The position numbers were made by a program, and so were the translations under genes. From contig CAVWCF010000005.1 in NCBI GenBank assembly GCA_963753435.1, positions 32,001 to 96,000 on the forward strand: a stretch of DNA of 64,000 nt, given 5' to 3'. The notes under the pieces were generated by a model. It was not told the DNA's origin. It saw only the letters and a program-made list of their open reading frames with translations, and did not search any database. This document shows, in pieces, positions 1 to 11,005 of this stretch (position 1 is its first letter; every line of letters starts with the position of its first letter). Source of the DNA: an uncultured Actinomycetota bacterium (GTDB lineage Bacteria > Actinomycetota > Actinomycetes > CAVWCF01).

Positions 1-812
1 ACGCGATCATCATCGCTCTGTGGGCCGTAGTCCTGGTTCCGATGTGGGTGCGCCGCCATGACGAGGCGCGCCAGTCCAAATCAGTTGACCGGTTCAGCGA
101 CGCGATGCGTACGCTTGCGCGCCGACCAGCCCATTCCGGAGGACGCGAAATCGTGGTGCCCGAGCGTGACCGCAGCCCGCTGGTGCACTCCTCATCCCGT
201 GGCCCGGTAAGTGCTCCCGCGCGCCCGTCGGCCTCGTTGGGGCAGCGCCGCCGACGTACCTCGTTGGTGCTGATCGGTTCGGTGCTGATCGTCTTCGGAC
301 TCGGCCTGCTCTCCGTTGTGCCCTTATGGCTGGGCCTGGTGCCGGCCCTGCTGCTAGCCGGATTCGTCGTCCACCTGCGCCTTGAGCAGCGGCGGGCCGA
401 CGAGCGGCGTGAGCGCCAGGTGCGTCGGCAGCGGGAGTTGGTGGCCCGGGCGGCTCGGGACGAGGCCGGCATCCGTGCCCGGGTGGTGACCACCGCAGCG
501 AGGTCCCGAGTCGACGCTCCGGCCGATGTCGAGGTGGAACCGCAACCCGAAAGCGAAAGCGTCTACGACGCGGTCGCTGACCACGTTTGGGATCCCGTTC
601 CGGTTCCGGCGCCGACATACGTGAACGCGCCAAAGGCGCCTAGGTCGGTACGCACGATTGATCTGACGCGACCCGGCGACTGGACCTCCGGCCGGGGCGA
701 GGTGGACGCGACTGCGCCCGCCGCCAGTGCCGACCGTGACGCGGTGGTAGCCGCGGAAGAAGCCGAAGTGGCGAACGAGGAGATCGCGCCCCGTCGCGCG
801 GTCAACGGCTAG
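1..812 (+). CDS. Divisome-associated membrane protein, SepX/GlpR family (5'-truncated by window edge)
   Basis: Frame open from nt 3 (AIIIALWAVVLVPMWVRRHD...FSDAMRTL); twin TM helices; WDPVPVPAPTYV and RTIDL motifs; position just before tRNA-Ala. Confidence 0.8.
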   Translation, partial: AIIIALWAVVLVPMWVRRHDEARQSKSVDRFSDAMRTLARRPAHSGGREIVVPERDRSPLVHSSSRGPVSAPARPSASLGQRRRRTSLVLIGSVLIVFGLGLLSVVPLWLGLVPALLLAGFVVHLRLEQRRADERRERQVRRQRELVARAARDEAGIRARVVTTAARSRVDAPADVEVEPQPESESVYDAVADHVWDPVPVPAPTYVNAPKAPRSVRTIDLTRPGDWTSGRGEVDATAPAASADRDAVVAAEEAEVANEEIAPRRAVNG

Positions 813-917
813 CCACACATTTCCGCGGTCGCGACCGCCAAGCGTTGTTCGCCTCGGCGAGGGGCTGTCGCCGTTTTCTGCGACGCGCCAGGTCGTTGAT
901 ACCCTCAGCCACCTTCC

Positions 918-993
<76 letters not shown>

Positions 994-1029
994 TTCCGGC
1001 GACGCCGTGAGCCGTCTCGCCCTCTTGGG

Positions 1030-1812
1030 CTACTTCGACTTCAAGTTGCTGAGCTTGTGCTCCAGCCACCGGTCGATCTGGTCCAGCATGCGTTGCTGCT
1101 TGGCGCCGGTGAAACGGGACTTGACCCGCTCGGCCGCGGCCTCAGCCTGCGCCTGCCAGTGGGCGGCCTTGGCTGCTGCGGTCTTGTTTCCGCGGTTGGA
1201 GTCGGCAGGGGCGGGGTTGTCTGCCTTGACTGCCTTGGGGTTCTTTGTCTTGGTCGGCTGGGGTGCGGGCTCGACGGTGGGCTCAGGTTCCGGTGCCACC
1301 GTGGGTTCGGGTTCGGGTTCGACGGTGGGCTCCGGTTCCGGCACGACAGTCGGCTCGGGTTCTGGGGCCGGCTCGGTCGCCGGCACTAGTAGAACGAAGG
1401 CGGCGAACAGTTCACCGGTTGCGGCGTAATCGGTGCCGATACCCACGTGGGTGAATCCGGGGTCCAGCAGCAGGGCGGCCGAACCGGAGTCGGACAGCGC
1501 TGCGTCCAGCACGTCGTAGGCGTCAGCACCGGACGCCGTCGTCTGCTCTAGGCGTGCGGCGGGTCCGGCGCCGGCTGTGTCGGTGGTCCCGGAGCCAGCG
1601 GCCAGGGAGACGGCGCTGGCGTCGGCCACGGAGTCGGCCGGGCCGTGCTCGGTCAGCGCCGCGGCACCCTGTGACACCCGGATCTGGTTCAGCGCCGACA
1701 GGATCGTCGCGTCCTCAGCCGCACCAGCGGTCGCGGCCTGCCCGACCAGCGCAACCCCGCCGATGAGCGCGGTCGCTACTGCAGAAGCCAGCACTCGTCG
1801 ACTGGTGAACAT
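1030..1812 (-). CDS. Secreted CAP/SCP-like domain protein with Pro/Glu-rich linker
   Basis: Signal peptide; ALNQIRVSQG...L and LLDPGFTHVGIG motifs; PEPEPTV repeats. Confidence 0.75.
   Translation of the reverse strand: MFTSRRVLASAVATALIGGVALVGQAATAGAAEDATILSALNQIRVSQGAAALTEHGPADSVADASAVSLAAGSGTTDTAGAGPAARLEQTTASGADAYDVLDAALSDSGSAALLLDPGFTHVGIGTDYAATGELFAAFVLLVPATEPAPEPEPTVVPEPEPTVEPEPEPTVAPEPEPTVEPAPQPTKTKNPKAVKADNPAPADSNRGNKTAAAKAAHWQAQAEAAAERVKSRFTGAKQQRMLDQIDRWLEHKLSNLKSK
1254..1377 (-). repeat. 24-bp coding tandem repeat (xPEPEPTV, 4-5 copies)
   Basis: PAPEPEPTVVPEPEPTVEPEPEPTVAPEPEPTVEPAPQPT in the translation. Confidence 0.85.
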
Positions 1813-1900
1813 CCGGGACCCCCTAGTTGTCTAATTGCTTAGTCGGTGCCGCGCAGGGGGTTTGCGCACGACCGATCGGGTGAACGTTGGCGCGGTTGGC

Positions 1901-3160
1901 TCAGACCAGAAAACCGAAGAGTGGGCTGTCCGGTTCCACGCGGCTGCAGCGAATGGGACTGTCTTCCATGCTTTGCAGCAGGCGGGTCAGGGCGCTTGCC
2001 TCCGGGATTTCGATCCCGACGAGAGCCGGCCCGTATTCGCGGTTGTTCCGCTTGACGTATTCGAACAGAGTGATGTCGTCGTCGGGTCCGAGTACCTCGT
2101 CCAGGAAGCGACGCAGCGCGCCAGGCTCTTGGGGGAACTCGACCAGGAAGTAGTGCTTGCGGCCCTCATGGATGAGCGATCGCTCGACCACCTCGGCATA
2201 GCGGGACACGTCGTTGTTGCCGCCGGAGATCACCACGACAACAACGGATCCGGGTTCCACCGGGAGTTCGCGGCCCAGGGCAGCGGCGGCCAGCGCACCT
2301 GCTGGCTCGGCGATAACGCCGTCGGCCTGGTACATCTCCAGCATCTCGGTGCAGACCGCACCCTCGGCAACAGCCAACATTTGCACGTCCGCTGCTTGCA
2401 CCTGGGCGTACGTGAACTGCCCCACGGTGCGCACTGCGGCCCCGTCGACGAACGCGTCCAGGTGTTCCAGCCTGGTCGGCCCGCCGGCTCGAAGTGCGGC
2501 GGCCATGCTCGCGGCGCCCAGCGGCTCCACGCCGATCAGCCGGGTCTGCGGATGCCGCTGGGACAACCACGCTGCGCAACCGGCAACGAGCCCGCCGCCG
2601 CCGACGGGGACCACGAAGACGTCCGGGGCCCGGCCGAGTTGGCCGACAGTTTCCAGGGCAACGGTGCCCTGCCCGGCGATTACCGCGGGGTCGTCGAAGG
2701 CGGGGACCAGGGTTGCGCCGGTCTCGGCTGCGTCTTCAGCCGCCATCGCGGCGGCATCGTCGTAGGTGTCGCCGGCGACCACGGCGTTGACCCAGCCGTC
2801 GCCCATCGCGGCGAGGCGGTCGCGCTTCTGGCGCGGGGTGGTGCGGGGCAGGTAGATCCGCCCGGGGACCGACAGCGCCGCACAGGCGGACGCGACTCCC
2901 TGGGCGTGGTTGCCGGCACTGGCTGCGACCACGCCCACCGATCGCTGTTCGGCAGACAGCGCCGCGATGAACGTGTGTGCGCCGCGGACCTTGTAGGAGC
3001 GGACCCGCTGCAGGTCCTCGCGCTTGAACCAGACCTCTGCGTCAAATCGTCGCGACAGTCGGTCGTTGCGTTGCAGCGGGGTCGCGGCGACGACGTCGCG
3101 TAACCCTTCGGCGGCAGTTGCCACCTCGTCGGCGCTGATCAGATCCATGAGCGCAACCAC
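1901..3160 (-). CDS. ilvA: Threonine dehydratase, biosynthetic short form (start may be ATG 3148)
   Basis: KREDLQRVRSYKVRGA PLP-lysine motif; ASAGNHAQG; C-terminal regulatory domain FPQEPGALRRFL. Confidence 0.92.
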   Translation of the reverse strand: MVALMDLISADEVATAAEGLRDVVAATPLQRNDRLSRRFDAEVWFKREDLQRVRSYKVRGAHTFIAALSAEQRSVGVVAASAGNHAQGVASACAALSVPGRIYLPRTTPRQKRDRLAAMGDGWVNAVVAGDTYDDAAAMAAEDAAETGATLVPAFDDPAVIAGQGTVALETVGQLGRAPDVFVVPVGGGGLVAGCAAWLSQRHPQTRLIGVEPLGAASMAAALRAGGPTRLEHLDAFVDGAAVRTVGQFTYAQVQAADVQMLAVAEGAVCTEMLEMYQADGVIAEPAGALAAAALGRELPVEPGSVVVVVISGGNNDVSRYAEVVERSLIHEGRKHYFLVEFPQEPGALRRFLDEVLGPDDDITLFEYVKRNNREYGPALVGIEIPEASALTRLLQSMEDSPIRCSRVEPDSPLFGFLV

Positions 3161-4710
3161 ATCCGCCGGAGCCAGTCCTCATATGGGATCACCTCTGCTG
3201 TCCAAACCGGCCAGAACCAGGCAAAGAGGACCGCAACGAGAAGCAGGTACGCGCCTACGGCCGCGGCACCCCAGACGCGCCGGTTCCCGGGCGCGTCTGC
3301 GGGCCCAAGCACCCAACCCAGCACCATCGCGATCAGGCCGCAGACGAACGGTGCCGCGGCCACGATGTACCAGGAGAAGATCGTGCGGTCACCGACCAGG
3401 AACCAGGGCAACCAGCCAGCCGCTACCCCGCCGAGCAGCGCGCCGGCTCGCCAGTCCCGGCGCCCGATCCACCAGAACAGGCCGATGGCAATAGCCGCAA
3501 TTCCGGCCCACCAAACCGCGGGGTTGCCAAGAGCGGTTACCGCCTGGGAGCAGGTTTCCGCCCCGCATGAGGTCTGGTCACCGTCGTAGAACATCGAGAC
3601 GGGGCGCGCCAGGAAGGGCCAGCCGATCGGGTCGGAGGAGTACGGGTGCTCGCTGGTGATTTGGCGCGCCGAAGCCAGGATCTCGGAGTGGAAGTGCCAC
3701 AGGCTGCGAATGGATTCGGGGATGAACGCGAAGGTGCTGTCGCGTCCAGCCGCCCATTGCCGGCTCCAGCCGCCATCCGACGCCAACCAGCCGGTCCAGG
3801 TAAGCAGGTAGGCGACTGTTCCGATTCCGACGATCCCGCCGAAGGCCGGCAGGGCGTCGCGCCGCAGCATGGCGGCCAGGGGCCGGCGAACGCCGCAGGC
3901 CTTTCGCGCGCCGGCGTCCCACAGCACGGTCATCAGCCCGAACGCGAGGACGAAGAAGACCGCGCTCCACTTCACCCCGCACGCCAGCCCGAGCGCGACC
4001 CCGGCGCCGATTCGCCACCAGCGCACGCCTAGCCGCGGACCCGCGTCGCCGACTGCGGCCAGCGGGCCCGGCCGGCGCTCGGCCCAATCGGCCAGCCGCT
4101 TGCGGGATTGGTCGCGGTCCAGCAGCAGCAGCGCGAACGCCGCGATGACGAAGAACGTCAAGAAGCCGTCCAGCAGCGCGGTGCGGGACAGCGTCAGGTG
4201 CAGCCCGTCCAGGGTCAGCAGCAACCCGGCGAAGACGCCGATGGCGGTGGAGCGGGTGAGCCGGCGAATGGCCCGGATCGTCAACAGGACCGTCAACGTG
4301 CCCACCAACGCTGCGGCGAACCGCCAGCCGAACGGGTCGGCGCCGAACAGCAACTGCCCGGCCCCGATCAGGGCCTTGCCCAAGGGCGGATGGATCACGA
4401 ATGAGGCGGCATCGCTGAATATGTCGGTGTTGCCGGCCAGCAACTCCTCGTCGGCGTTGCTGTTGGCCTGCCGTTCGTAGCCGAACTTGACGATCGAAAG
4501 ACCGTCCTTGACGTAGTACGTCTCATCGAAGACGAGGGCCTTGGGCACCGATAGGGACGTGAAGCGCGTGAACGCCGCCAAGGCCGTCACCGCTGCAGTG
4601 AGCAGCCAGGAGACCAAGGCATCGGCCGGCATCGCCGGCACCATCCGCTGCCGCAACGGCAACGCCACGGGCGCCGCCGATGTCGGTGTTGCCTGCAGCA
4701 CGGCCGTCAC
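3139..4710 (-). CDS. pmt: Dolichyl/polyprenyl-phosphate-mannose-protein O-mannosyltransferase
   Basis: FDETYY, HPPLGK, SRTALLD and HPYSS motifs; many TM helices; divergent from rsmI; GTG 4710 lies 7 nt after a TACGAT -10 hexamer. Confidence 0.9.
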   Translation of the reverse strand: MTAVLQATPTSAAPVALPLRQRMVPAMPADALVSWLLTAAVTALAAFTRFTSLSVPKALVFDETYYVKDGLSIVKFGYERQANSNADEELLAGNTDIFSDAASFVIHPPLGKALIGAGQLLFGADPFGWRFAAALVGTLTVLLTIRAIRRLTRSTAIGVFAGLLLTLDGLHLTLSRTALLDGFLTFFVIAAFALLLLDRDQSRKRLADWAERRPGPLAAVGDAGPRLGVRWWRIGAGVALGLACGVKWSAVFFVLAFGLMTVLWDAGARKACGVRRPLAAMLRRDALPAFGGIVGIGTVAYLLTWTGWLASDGGWSRQWAAGRDSTFAFIPESIRSLWHFHSEILASARQITSEHPYSSDPIGWPFLARPVSMFYDGDQTSCGAETCSQAVTALGNPAVWWAGIAAIAIGLFWWIGRRDWRAGALLGGVAAGWLPWFLVGDRTIFSWYIVAAAPFVCGLIAMVLGWVLGPADAPGNRRVWGAAAVGAYLLLVAVLFAWFWPVWTAEVIPYEDWLRRMWLRSWI

Positions 4711-4787
4711 CTGCCCCATCGTAGGTACGTGGCGGCTGGCGCAGAGCGCTGCGGCGCGCCTACCGCTGGCACTGCGAGGATGCGCGC

Positions 4788-5627
4788 GTGACCGGAACGC
4801 TGATCCTGGCCGCGGCGCCGATCGGGCAGCCCCAGGACGCTTCCGCGCGGTTTTGCACCGCATTGGCCGAGGTGGCGGTCATCGCGGCCGAGGACACCCG
4901 GCGCCTGCGCCGACTGACCGCGGACCTGGGCGTGCAGCCGAATGGCCGGGTGTTGTCGTTCTTCGAAGGCAATGAACGGCAGCGGCAAGACGAGTTATTG
5001 CAGTGTTTACGCGACGGCGAAGACGTGCTGGTGGTCACCGACGCAGGCATGCCCACGGTGTCCGACCCGGGCTACCGACTCGTGTCAGCGGCGGCCGCGG
5101 CCGGGATCGGCGTGACTGTCCTGCCCGGTCCCAGCGCGGTGCTCGCGGCGCTGGCGGTTTCGGGACTGCCCACGGACCGCTTCTGCTTTGAGGGGTTCCT
5201 GCCGCGGCGAAAGGCCGAACGCGCCAAGCGGCTCAGCGGCCTCGCGGCCGAACCACGGACCATGGTGTTCTTTGAGGCGCCACACCGGCTGGCGGCCAGC
5301 CTGGTCGACTGTGTCGCCGCCTTCGGCCCGCACCGGCCAGCCGTTGTGTGTCGGGAGCTGACCAAGACGCACGAAGAAATCGTCCGGGGCCCGTTGCAGT
5401 CCCTCGCGGATTGGTCCCAAGGCCAGGTTCGGGGCGAGGTCACTTTGGTCATCGCCGGCGCCGATCCGGCGCAGGCCGTCGGTGCCGAAGAGTTGGCGGC
5501 CGCGGTGGCACGGCTGACCGCGGCCGGGATGAGTCGTCGCGATGCAGTGGCCGAAGTCGCCAGATCGACCGGTGCCGCCAAACGGGCGGTTTACGCAGCG
5601 GCCTTGGGGGAGTCGGCTCGCCCCTAG
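4788..5627 (+). CDS. rsmI: 16S rRNA C1402 2'-O-methyltransferase
   Basis: [28 protein letters not shown] and RELTKTHEE motifs. Confidence 0.95.
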   Translation: MTGTLILAAAPIGQPQDASARFCTALAEVAVIAAEDTRRLRRLTADLGVQPNGRVLSFFEGNERQRQDELLQCLRDGEDVLVVTDAGMPTVSDPGYRLVSAAAAAGIGVTVLPGPSAVLAALAVSGLPTDRFCFEGFLPRRKAERAKRLSGLAAEPRTMVFFEAPHRLAASLVDCVAAFGPHRPAVVCRELTKTHEEIVRGPLQSLADWSQGQVRGEVTLVIAGADPAQAVGAEELAAAVARLTAAGMSRRDAVAEVARSTGAAKRAVYAAALGESARP

Positions 5628-5637
5628 GATCGCGCTC

Positions 5638-7422
5638 ATGTCCAGCCCGATCCTCACCGCAGTCGCCTGGCCGTACGCGAACGGGCCGCGGCATATCGGC
5701 CACGTCTCCGGCTTCGGTGTGCCTTCGGACGTCTTCAGCAGGTACATGCGCATGGCCGGGCACGACGTACTGATGGTCAGCGGCACCGACGAGCACGGCA
5801 CGCCGATCCAGGTGCAGGCCGACGCCGAGGGGGTTTCGGCTCGCGAGCTGGCAGACCGCTACAACCGAGTGATCGTTGAGGACCTTGCCGGTCTGGGGCT
5901 GTCGTACGACCTGTTCACCAGGACGACCACCCGCAACCACTACGCGACTGTGCAGGAGATCTTCCGCACGCTCTTCAACAACGGCTACGTCGTGCCGCGG
6001 ACCATGATGGGGGCGATCAGCCCGTCCACCGGGCGCACGCTGCCGGATCGCTACATCGAAGGCACCTGCCCCATCTGCGGGTACGACGGCGCCCGCGGGG
6101 ACCAGTGCGACAACTGCGGCAACCAGCTGGACCCCGCAGATCTGAAGAACCCGCGTAGCCGCATCAACGGCGAAGTGCCGAAGTTCGTCGAAACCGAGCA
6201 CTTCTTCCTGGACTTGCCGGCGTTCGCCAACTCGCTGGGTACCTGGCTGTCCACACGGACCGACTGGCGGCCCAACGTCCTGAAGTTCAGCATGAACTTG
6301 CTTGAGGACCTGCAGCACCGCGCGATCAGCCGGGATCTCGATTGGGGCGTGCCCATCCCCTTGGAGGGTTGGGAGAACCGCGACGACAAGCGCCTCTACG
6401 TGTGGTTCGACGCGGTCATCGGCTACCTGTCCGCCTCCGTCGAATGGGCTCGGCGCTCCGGCGACCCCGACGCCTGGCGCAACTGGTGGCAGAACCCCGA
6501 CGCCAAGTCCTACTACTTCATGGGCAAGGACAACATCGTCTTCCACTCGGTGATCTGGCCCAGCATCCTGCTTGGGTACGACGGGCGTGGTGACCACGGT
6601 GGCGAGGCCGGCAGCCTCGGCGCGCTGTCACTACCCACCGAAGTGGTCAGCAGCGAGTTCCTGACCATGGAGGGTCAGAAGTTCTCCTCCTCCAGATCTG
6701 TCGTCATCTACGTCCGGGACTTCCTGGAGCGTTACGACGCCGATTCGTTGCGCTACTTCATCGCCGCGGCCGGCCCGGAGAACCAGGACACCGACTTCAC
6801 CTGGGAACAGTTCGTTCGCCGCAACAACGACGAGTTGGTCGCCGGCTGGGGCAACTTGGTCAACCGGTCGGTGTCGATGGCGGCGAAGAACTTCGGAGCG
6901 GTGCCACCTGCCGGGCCGTTGACTGACACCGACCGGGCGTTGCTGGACACCGTCGGCGGGACGTTCAAAACGGTCGGTACCGCGCTGGGTGCAAGCCGGT
7001 TCAAGGTCGGTATCGGCGAGGCGATGCGGGCAGTGGCCGAGGCGAACAAGTACCTGTCCGAAACGGCCCCGTGGAAGCTGAAGGAATCCGACCCGGAGCG
7101 GATGGGGACGATCCTGCACGTGGCCCTGCAGGCCGTTACGGACTGCAACACGATGCTTGCCCCATTCCTGCCGCACGCCGCCCAGCGGGTGCACGAGGTT
7201 CTCGGCGGTAGCGGTGACTTCACCCGCATGCCCGAGATTCACCAGGTCAGCGAACAAGGAAACGCCGACTACCCGGTCCTCATGGGTGACTACGACACCG
7301 GCGTGACCTGGGGTCCGCGGCCGATCTCTGCGGGGGTGCCGCTGGCCGCGCCGACGCCGGTCTTCACCAAGCTCGACCCGGCGATCGTGGATGAGGAACT
7401 GGCTCGACTGGAGCAGGCATGA
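5638..7422 (+). CDS. metG: Methionyl-tRNA synthetase
   Basis: [13 protein letters not shown]; CPIC...CDNC zinc knuckle; KFSSS; YVWFDA. Confidence 0.97.
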   Translation: MSSPILTAVAWPYANGPRHIGHVSGFGVPSDVFSRYMRMAGHDVLMVSGTDEHGTPIQVQADAEGVSARELADRYNRVIVEDLAGLGLSYDLFTRTTTRNHYATVQEIFRTLFNNGYVVPRTMMGAISPSTGRTLPDRYIEGTCPICGYDGARGDQCDNCGNQLDPADLKNPRSRINGEVPKFVETEHFFLDLPAFANSLGTWLSTRTDWRPNVLKFSMNLLEDLQHRAISRDLDWGVPIPLEGWENRDDKRLYVWFDAVIGYLSASVEWARRSGDPDAWRNWWQNPDAKSYYFMGKDNIVFHSVIWPSILLGYDGRGDHGGEAGSLGALSLPTEVVSSEFLTMEGQKFSSSRSVVIYVRDFLERYDADSLRYFIAAAGPENQDTDFTWEQFVRRNNDELVAGWGNLVNRSVSMAAKNFGAVPPAGPLTDTDRALLDTVGGTFKTVGTALGASRFKVGIGEAMRAVAEANKYLSETAPWKLKESDPERMGTILHVALQAVTDCNTMLAPFLPHAAQRVHEVLGGSGDFTRMPEIHQVSEQGNADYPVLMGDYDTGVTWGPRPISAGVPLAAPTPVFTKLDPAIVDEELARLEQA

Positions 7423-7877
7423 ATCGCAGCGAGCTGATCGCCCATTACGAGGCGGGCACCGCAGCCGTGTTGGCGGCACTGGCCGATGCCAGTGACGCCG
7501 AACTAGACCGGCGACCCGAGGGTGGCTGGACGGCCAGGGAGGTCGTTCATCACCTGGCCGATGCGGAGACACGATCGGCGGTGCGACTGCGGCAGCTACT
7601 GGCGGAGGACCACCCGGTCATAGTCGGCTACGACGAGGAGCAGTACACCCGGAGACTTCGATACGAACGCCCGCTGGGGGCCTCGCTGCGGATCGTGGAG
7701 GCGGTCCGTCTCGGCAACTCCGAGTTGCTGGCTACCGTCACCGACGCCGACTTCGACCGCCCCGGATTCCACACCGACGCCGGCCCGTACGGGCTGGGGG
7801 ACTGGCTGGCGATCTATGCGGCGCATGCGCACGAGCACGCTGACCAGATCCGGCGCGCGCGGCTCGGACAGGCGTGA
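7419..7877 (+). CDS. DinB-family protein
   Basis: [13 protein letters not shown]...HAHEHADQI His-triad pattern; 4-nt overlaps with metG and tatD. Confidence 0.85.
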   Translation: MNRSELIAHYEAGTAAVLAALADASDAELDRRPEGGWTAREVVHHLADAETRSAVRLRQLLAEDHPVIVGYDEEQYTRRLRYERPLGASLRIVEAVRLGNSELLATVTDADFDRPGFHTDAGPYGLGDWLAIYAAHAHEHADQIRRARLGQA

Positions 7878-8740
7878 CGGACTCGTATCCGCCCCCGCCG
7901 GACGGCTTGCCGGGCCCGGCGGTTGATTCGCACTGTCACCTGGACATGTCCCTGCATGACGCGGACCATCCGGCGCCCACCGTCGAGGTCGCCCAGTCCC
8001 GGGCAGCAGCCGTCGGGGTGACTCGCATCGTCCAGGTCGGCTGCGATCGGGCCGGCGCCGCGTGGGCTGCGGAAACGGCCGAGCGGCACGACGGCATCGT
8101 GGCCGCGGTTGGTCTGCATCCCAACGAGGCACCTCGACTGGCCGCGTCCGGCCAGCTGGAGACCGGGCTGGCTGAGGTCGAGGAGTTGCTACGTCGCGAG
8201 CGCGTGCGCGGCGTCGGTGAGACGGGACTGGACTATTACCGAACCGGCCCCGAAGGGCGTGCGGTTCAACAGGAGTCGTTTCGTGCGCACATTCGCCTGG
8301 CCCGGCAGTACGACAAGGCGTTGGTCATCCATGACCGGGATGCGCACGACGACGTCATCGACGTGCTCGAGGACGAGGGCCCACCGCCGCGGGTGGTCTT
8401 TCACTGCTTCAGCGGCGATGCGGTGATGGCCCGGCGGTGCGTCGCCAACGGCTGGGTGCTGTCCTTCGCGGGCGTGCTCACCTTCCGAAACGCGCCGGGG
8501 CTGCGCGCGGCCGCGGCCGAAGTGGGGCCCGGATCAGTTCTGGTCGAGACCGACGCCCCCTACCTGACCCCGATGCCGCATCGCGGCCGGCCGAATGCGT
8601 CCTACCTGATCCCCTTGACCGTCGCGGAACTGGCCCGGATCTGGGGGATGACCGACCTGGAGGTCTGCACGACCACGACCGAATCGGCCCTGGCGGTGTT
8701 CGGGGATTGGGCGCCGTACGACCCGTCCAAACCGGGATAA
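7874..8740 (+). CDS. tatD: TatD-family nuclease
   Basis: DSHCH, GETGLDY, IHDRDA, FHCFS and ETDAPYL motifs. Confidence 0.95.
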   Translation: MTDSYPPPPDGLPGPAVDSHCHLDMSLHDADHPAPTVEVAQSRAAAVGVTRIVQVGCDRAGAAWAAETAERHDGIVAAVGLHPNEAPRLAASGQLETGLAEVEELLRRERVRGVGETGLDYYRTGPEGRAVQQESFRAHIRLARQYDKALVIHDRDAHDDVIDVLEDEGPPPRVVFHCFSGDAVMARRCVANGWVLSFAGVLTFRNAPGLRAAAAEVGPGSVLVETDAPYLTPMPHRGRPNASYLIPLTVAELARIWGMTDLEVCTTTTESALAVFGDWAPYDPSKPG

Positions 8741-8755
8741 AAGGTGCGGATGGTG

Positions 8756-8771
8756 TGTGAAACATGTCACA
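8756..8771. promoter_or_regulatory. Crp/GlxR-type binding site upstream of rpfB
   Basis: Perfect TGTGA-N6-TCACA (TGTGAAACATGTCACA). Confidence 0.75.
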
Positions 8772-8799
8772 GGAGCCTGTGAAAGACGTCCAGATCCGG

Positions 8800-8829
8800 T
8801 TGGCGTAAGGCAGCTCGGGTAGCTACGGT
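8800..8829 (+). promoter_or_regulatory. Putative housekeeping-sigma promoter of rpfB
   Basis: TTGGCG-N18-TACGGT. Confidence 0.55.
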
Positions 8830-8921
8830 CTCGTCCTTGACCGCCGGATCGGGGCTCGATTTCGGCGGCCGACTTGTGTCGGCCCTGCCCCGTGCCCGGG
8901 ACCTGTGACCTCAGGAGTTCG

Positions 8922-10061
8922 ATGTTCCGCTCGATGCCGCGACTGACCCGCCGCGCCCGAATCCTGGGCGCAGCCACCGCCGCCTTCGCGGTGGGGGCTG
9001 TTGGGCTGGGGGTCGTTTGGGGGTCGGCCGCGCACGCGGTCACCATCAGCATCGATGGAACCGAGACCGAGGTTTCGACTCGGGTCGGCACGGTCGGGGA
9101 GTTGCTCCAGGAGCAAGGCGTCGAAGTGGACGCGCAGGACGCGGTCGCGCCGGCCCCGGAGACGGAACTGAGCGATGGCCTGTTCATCGTCTTCCGCAAC
9201 GGCAAGTTGATCAACTGGGTCGTCGACGGGCAAGAACGCCCGCTGTGGACCACTGCCGACACTGTTGGTGAGGCGGTGATCGCGCTCGGCGAGCGCGCGC
9301 GAAGCGCTTGGCTGTCGGTCGATCGAAGCAAGCGGATCCCCGTCGATGGGTTGGCGGTGGACGTGCGCCTGCCCAAGTCAGCGTCGGTCACGGCCGATGG
9401 TGCGACCGAGACCGCGGCCACGACCGCCGTCACCGTTGCGGAGCTCCTGTCCGAACTCGGCATCAGCCTCGCGGCGACGGACTTGGTCAAGCCAACTCCG
9501 GAGACCGCGGTCACCGAGGGCCTGTCCGTCCGGGTGTACCGAGTTGAAATCAGCGACTTCACCCGGCGCGTGGGGGTGCCCTTCCCCACCGAGAAACGCA
9601 ACGACGCGTCCATGTACGTCGGCACCACCAAGGTGGTTACGGCCGGCCAGAACGGCGTGGCCGTGCAGACCTTCAAGCGCACCACTCGCGATGGCGTGGT
9701 GGTGACCGAGAAGCTGGCGTCCACAAAGGTGACCACTCAGCCCACACCGCAGATCGTGGCCGTAGGGACCAAGCAGCGCCCGGCGCCCAAGCCGACCGCC
9801 ACCAAGTCCTACAACGTGTCCGCCGACGGACTGAACTGGGCCGCGTTGGCCCGCTGCGAGTCCGGTGGCAATCCGCGGGCGGTCAACCCGGCCGGCTACT
9901 ACGGCCTGTACCAGTTCTCCCTGAGCACTTGGCGCGCCGTCGGCGGATCCGGCAACCCAGCCGATGCCAGCTCCTCGGAGCAGACCTACCGGGCACAGTT
10001 GCTCTACAAGCGCTCCGGTGCCGGCCAGTGGCCGCACTGCGGCAAGTACCTGTTCACCTGA
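8922..10061 (+). CDS. rpfB: Resuscitation-promoting factor RpfB (3x DUF348, G5, Rpf domain)
   Basis: AGGAG RBS; three ubiquitin-like repeats; G5; WAALARCESGGN...GLYQF...QWPHC; lies between tatD and rsmA. Confidence 0.93.
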   Translation: MFRSMPRLTRRARILGAATAAFAVGAVGLGVVWGSAAHAVTISIDGTETEVSTRVGTVGELLQEQGVEVDAQDAVAPAPETELSDGLFIVFRNGKLINWVVDGQERPLWTTADTVGEAVIALGERARSAWLSVDRSKRIPVDGLAVDVRLPKSASVTADGATETAATTAVTVAELLSELGISLAATDLVKPTPETAVTEGLSVRVYRVEISDFTRRVGVPFPTEKRNDASMYVGTTKVVTAGQNGVAVQTFKRTTRDGVVVTEKLASTKVTTQPTPQIVAVGTKQRPAPKPTATKSYNVSADGLNWAALARCESGGNPRAVNPAGYYGLYQFSLSTWRAVGGSGNPADASSSEQTYRAQLLYKRSGAGQWPHCGKYLFT

Positions 10062-10140
10062 GCCGCCACCGGCGGTAGGCGACCTTGAGGTGAGCGCGGC
10101 GGCGGCTTGTGCCGGCCGCGCCAGCCCATAGATTCCGCGC

Positions 10141-10995
10141 ATGCGCCTGCTGGGTCCCGCCGACGTGCGCGCCTTGGCCGCCGAACTGAACCTGCGCCCG
10201 ACCAAGACCCGCGGTCAGAACTTCGTCGTGGACGCGAACACGGTGCGCCGCATCGCCCGGGCGGCCAACGTCGGCCCCCAAGACACGGTGCTGGAGATCG
10301 GTCCCGGTCTTGGTTCCCTGACCCTGGCCTTGCTGGAGACGGGCGCGAACGTGACCGGGGTGGAGGTGGACCCGGTCCTTGCTGATGCCTTGCCCAACAC
10401 CATCGCGGAGTACGCCCCGGAAGCTGCGCAGCGGTTCGCGGTCGTCTGCGCCGACGCGGTCACGCTGGAAGAACTACCGGGGCCGGCGCCGACGGCCCTG
10501 GTGGCGAACCTGCCGTACAACGTGGCCGTCCCGGCGCTGCTGAACGCACTACAGCGGTTCGACTCGCTGCAGCGGGCGCTGGTGATGGTGCAGGCCGAGG
10601 TGGCCGACCGACTCGCAGCCCCGCCCGGTAGCCGCGTTTACGGCGTTCCGTCGGTGAAGGCGCGCTGGTACGGGGAGGTGCGGCGCGCGGGCTCGGTGAG
10701 CCGCTCGGTGTTCTGGCCGGTGCCGCGGGTCGACTCTGGGCTTGTGGCAATCGAACGGTCGGCGACCCCGCAGGCCGACCGACAAGCGGTGTTCGCCGTC
10801 GTGGACGCCGCGTTCGCGCAGCGGCGCAAGACGTTGCGGGCAGCGCTGGCCGGCTGGGCCGGATCCGCAGACCGAGCCGAAAACATCCTCCGGGCGGCCG
10901 AGGTGGATCCGCGGGCTCGCGGGGAGACGCTGGACCTGGACGCGTTCATCCGAATCGCCTTCGCTGCGCAGGCCGTACCTGAAGTTCCTCGTTAG
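10141..10995 (+). CDS. rsmA: 16S rRNA m6,2A dimethyltransferase
   Basis: [20 protein letters not shown] and [10 protein letters not shown] motifs. Confidence 0.96.
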   Translation: MRLLGPADVRALAAELNLRPTKTRGQNFVVDANTVRRIARAANVGPQDTVLEIGPGLGSLTLALLETGANVTGVEVDPVLADALPNTIAEYAPEAAQRFAVVCADAVTLEELPGPAPTALVANLPYNVAVPALLNALQRFDSLQRALVMVQAEVADRLAAPPGSRVYGVPSVKARWYGEVRRAGSVSRSVFWPVPRVDSGLVAIERSATPQADRQAVFAVVDAAFAQRRKTLRAALAGWAGSADRAENILRAAEVDPRARGETLDLDAFIRIAFAAQAVPEVPR

Positions 10996-11005
10996 CCTCG
11001 CAGGC

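Noticed and set aside
1254-1377. Short tandem repeats here and at 58031-58139 as CRISPR-like arrays
   Set aside because: They are in-frame coding repeats without unique spacers, and no cas genes are present.
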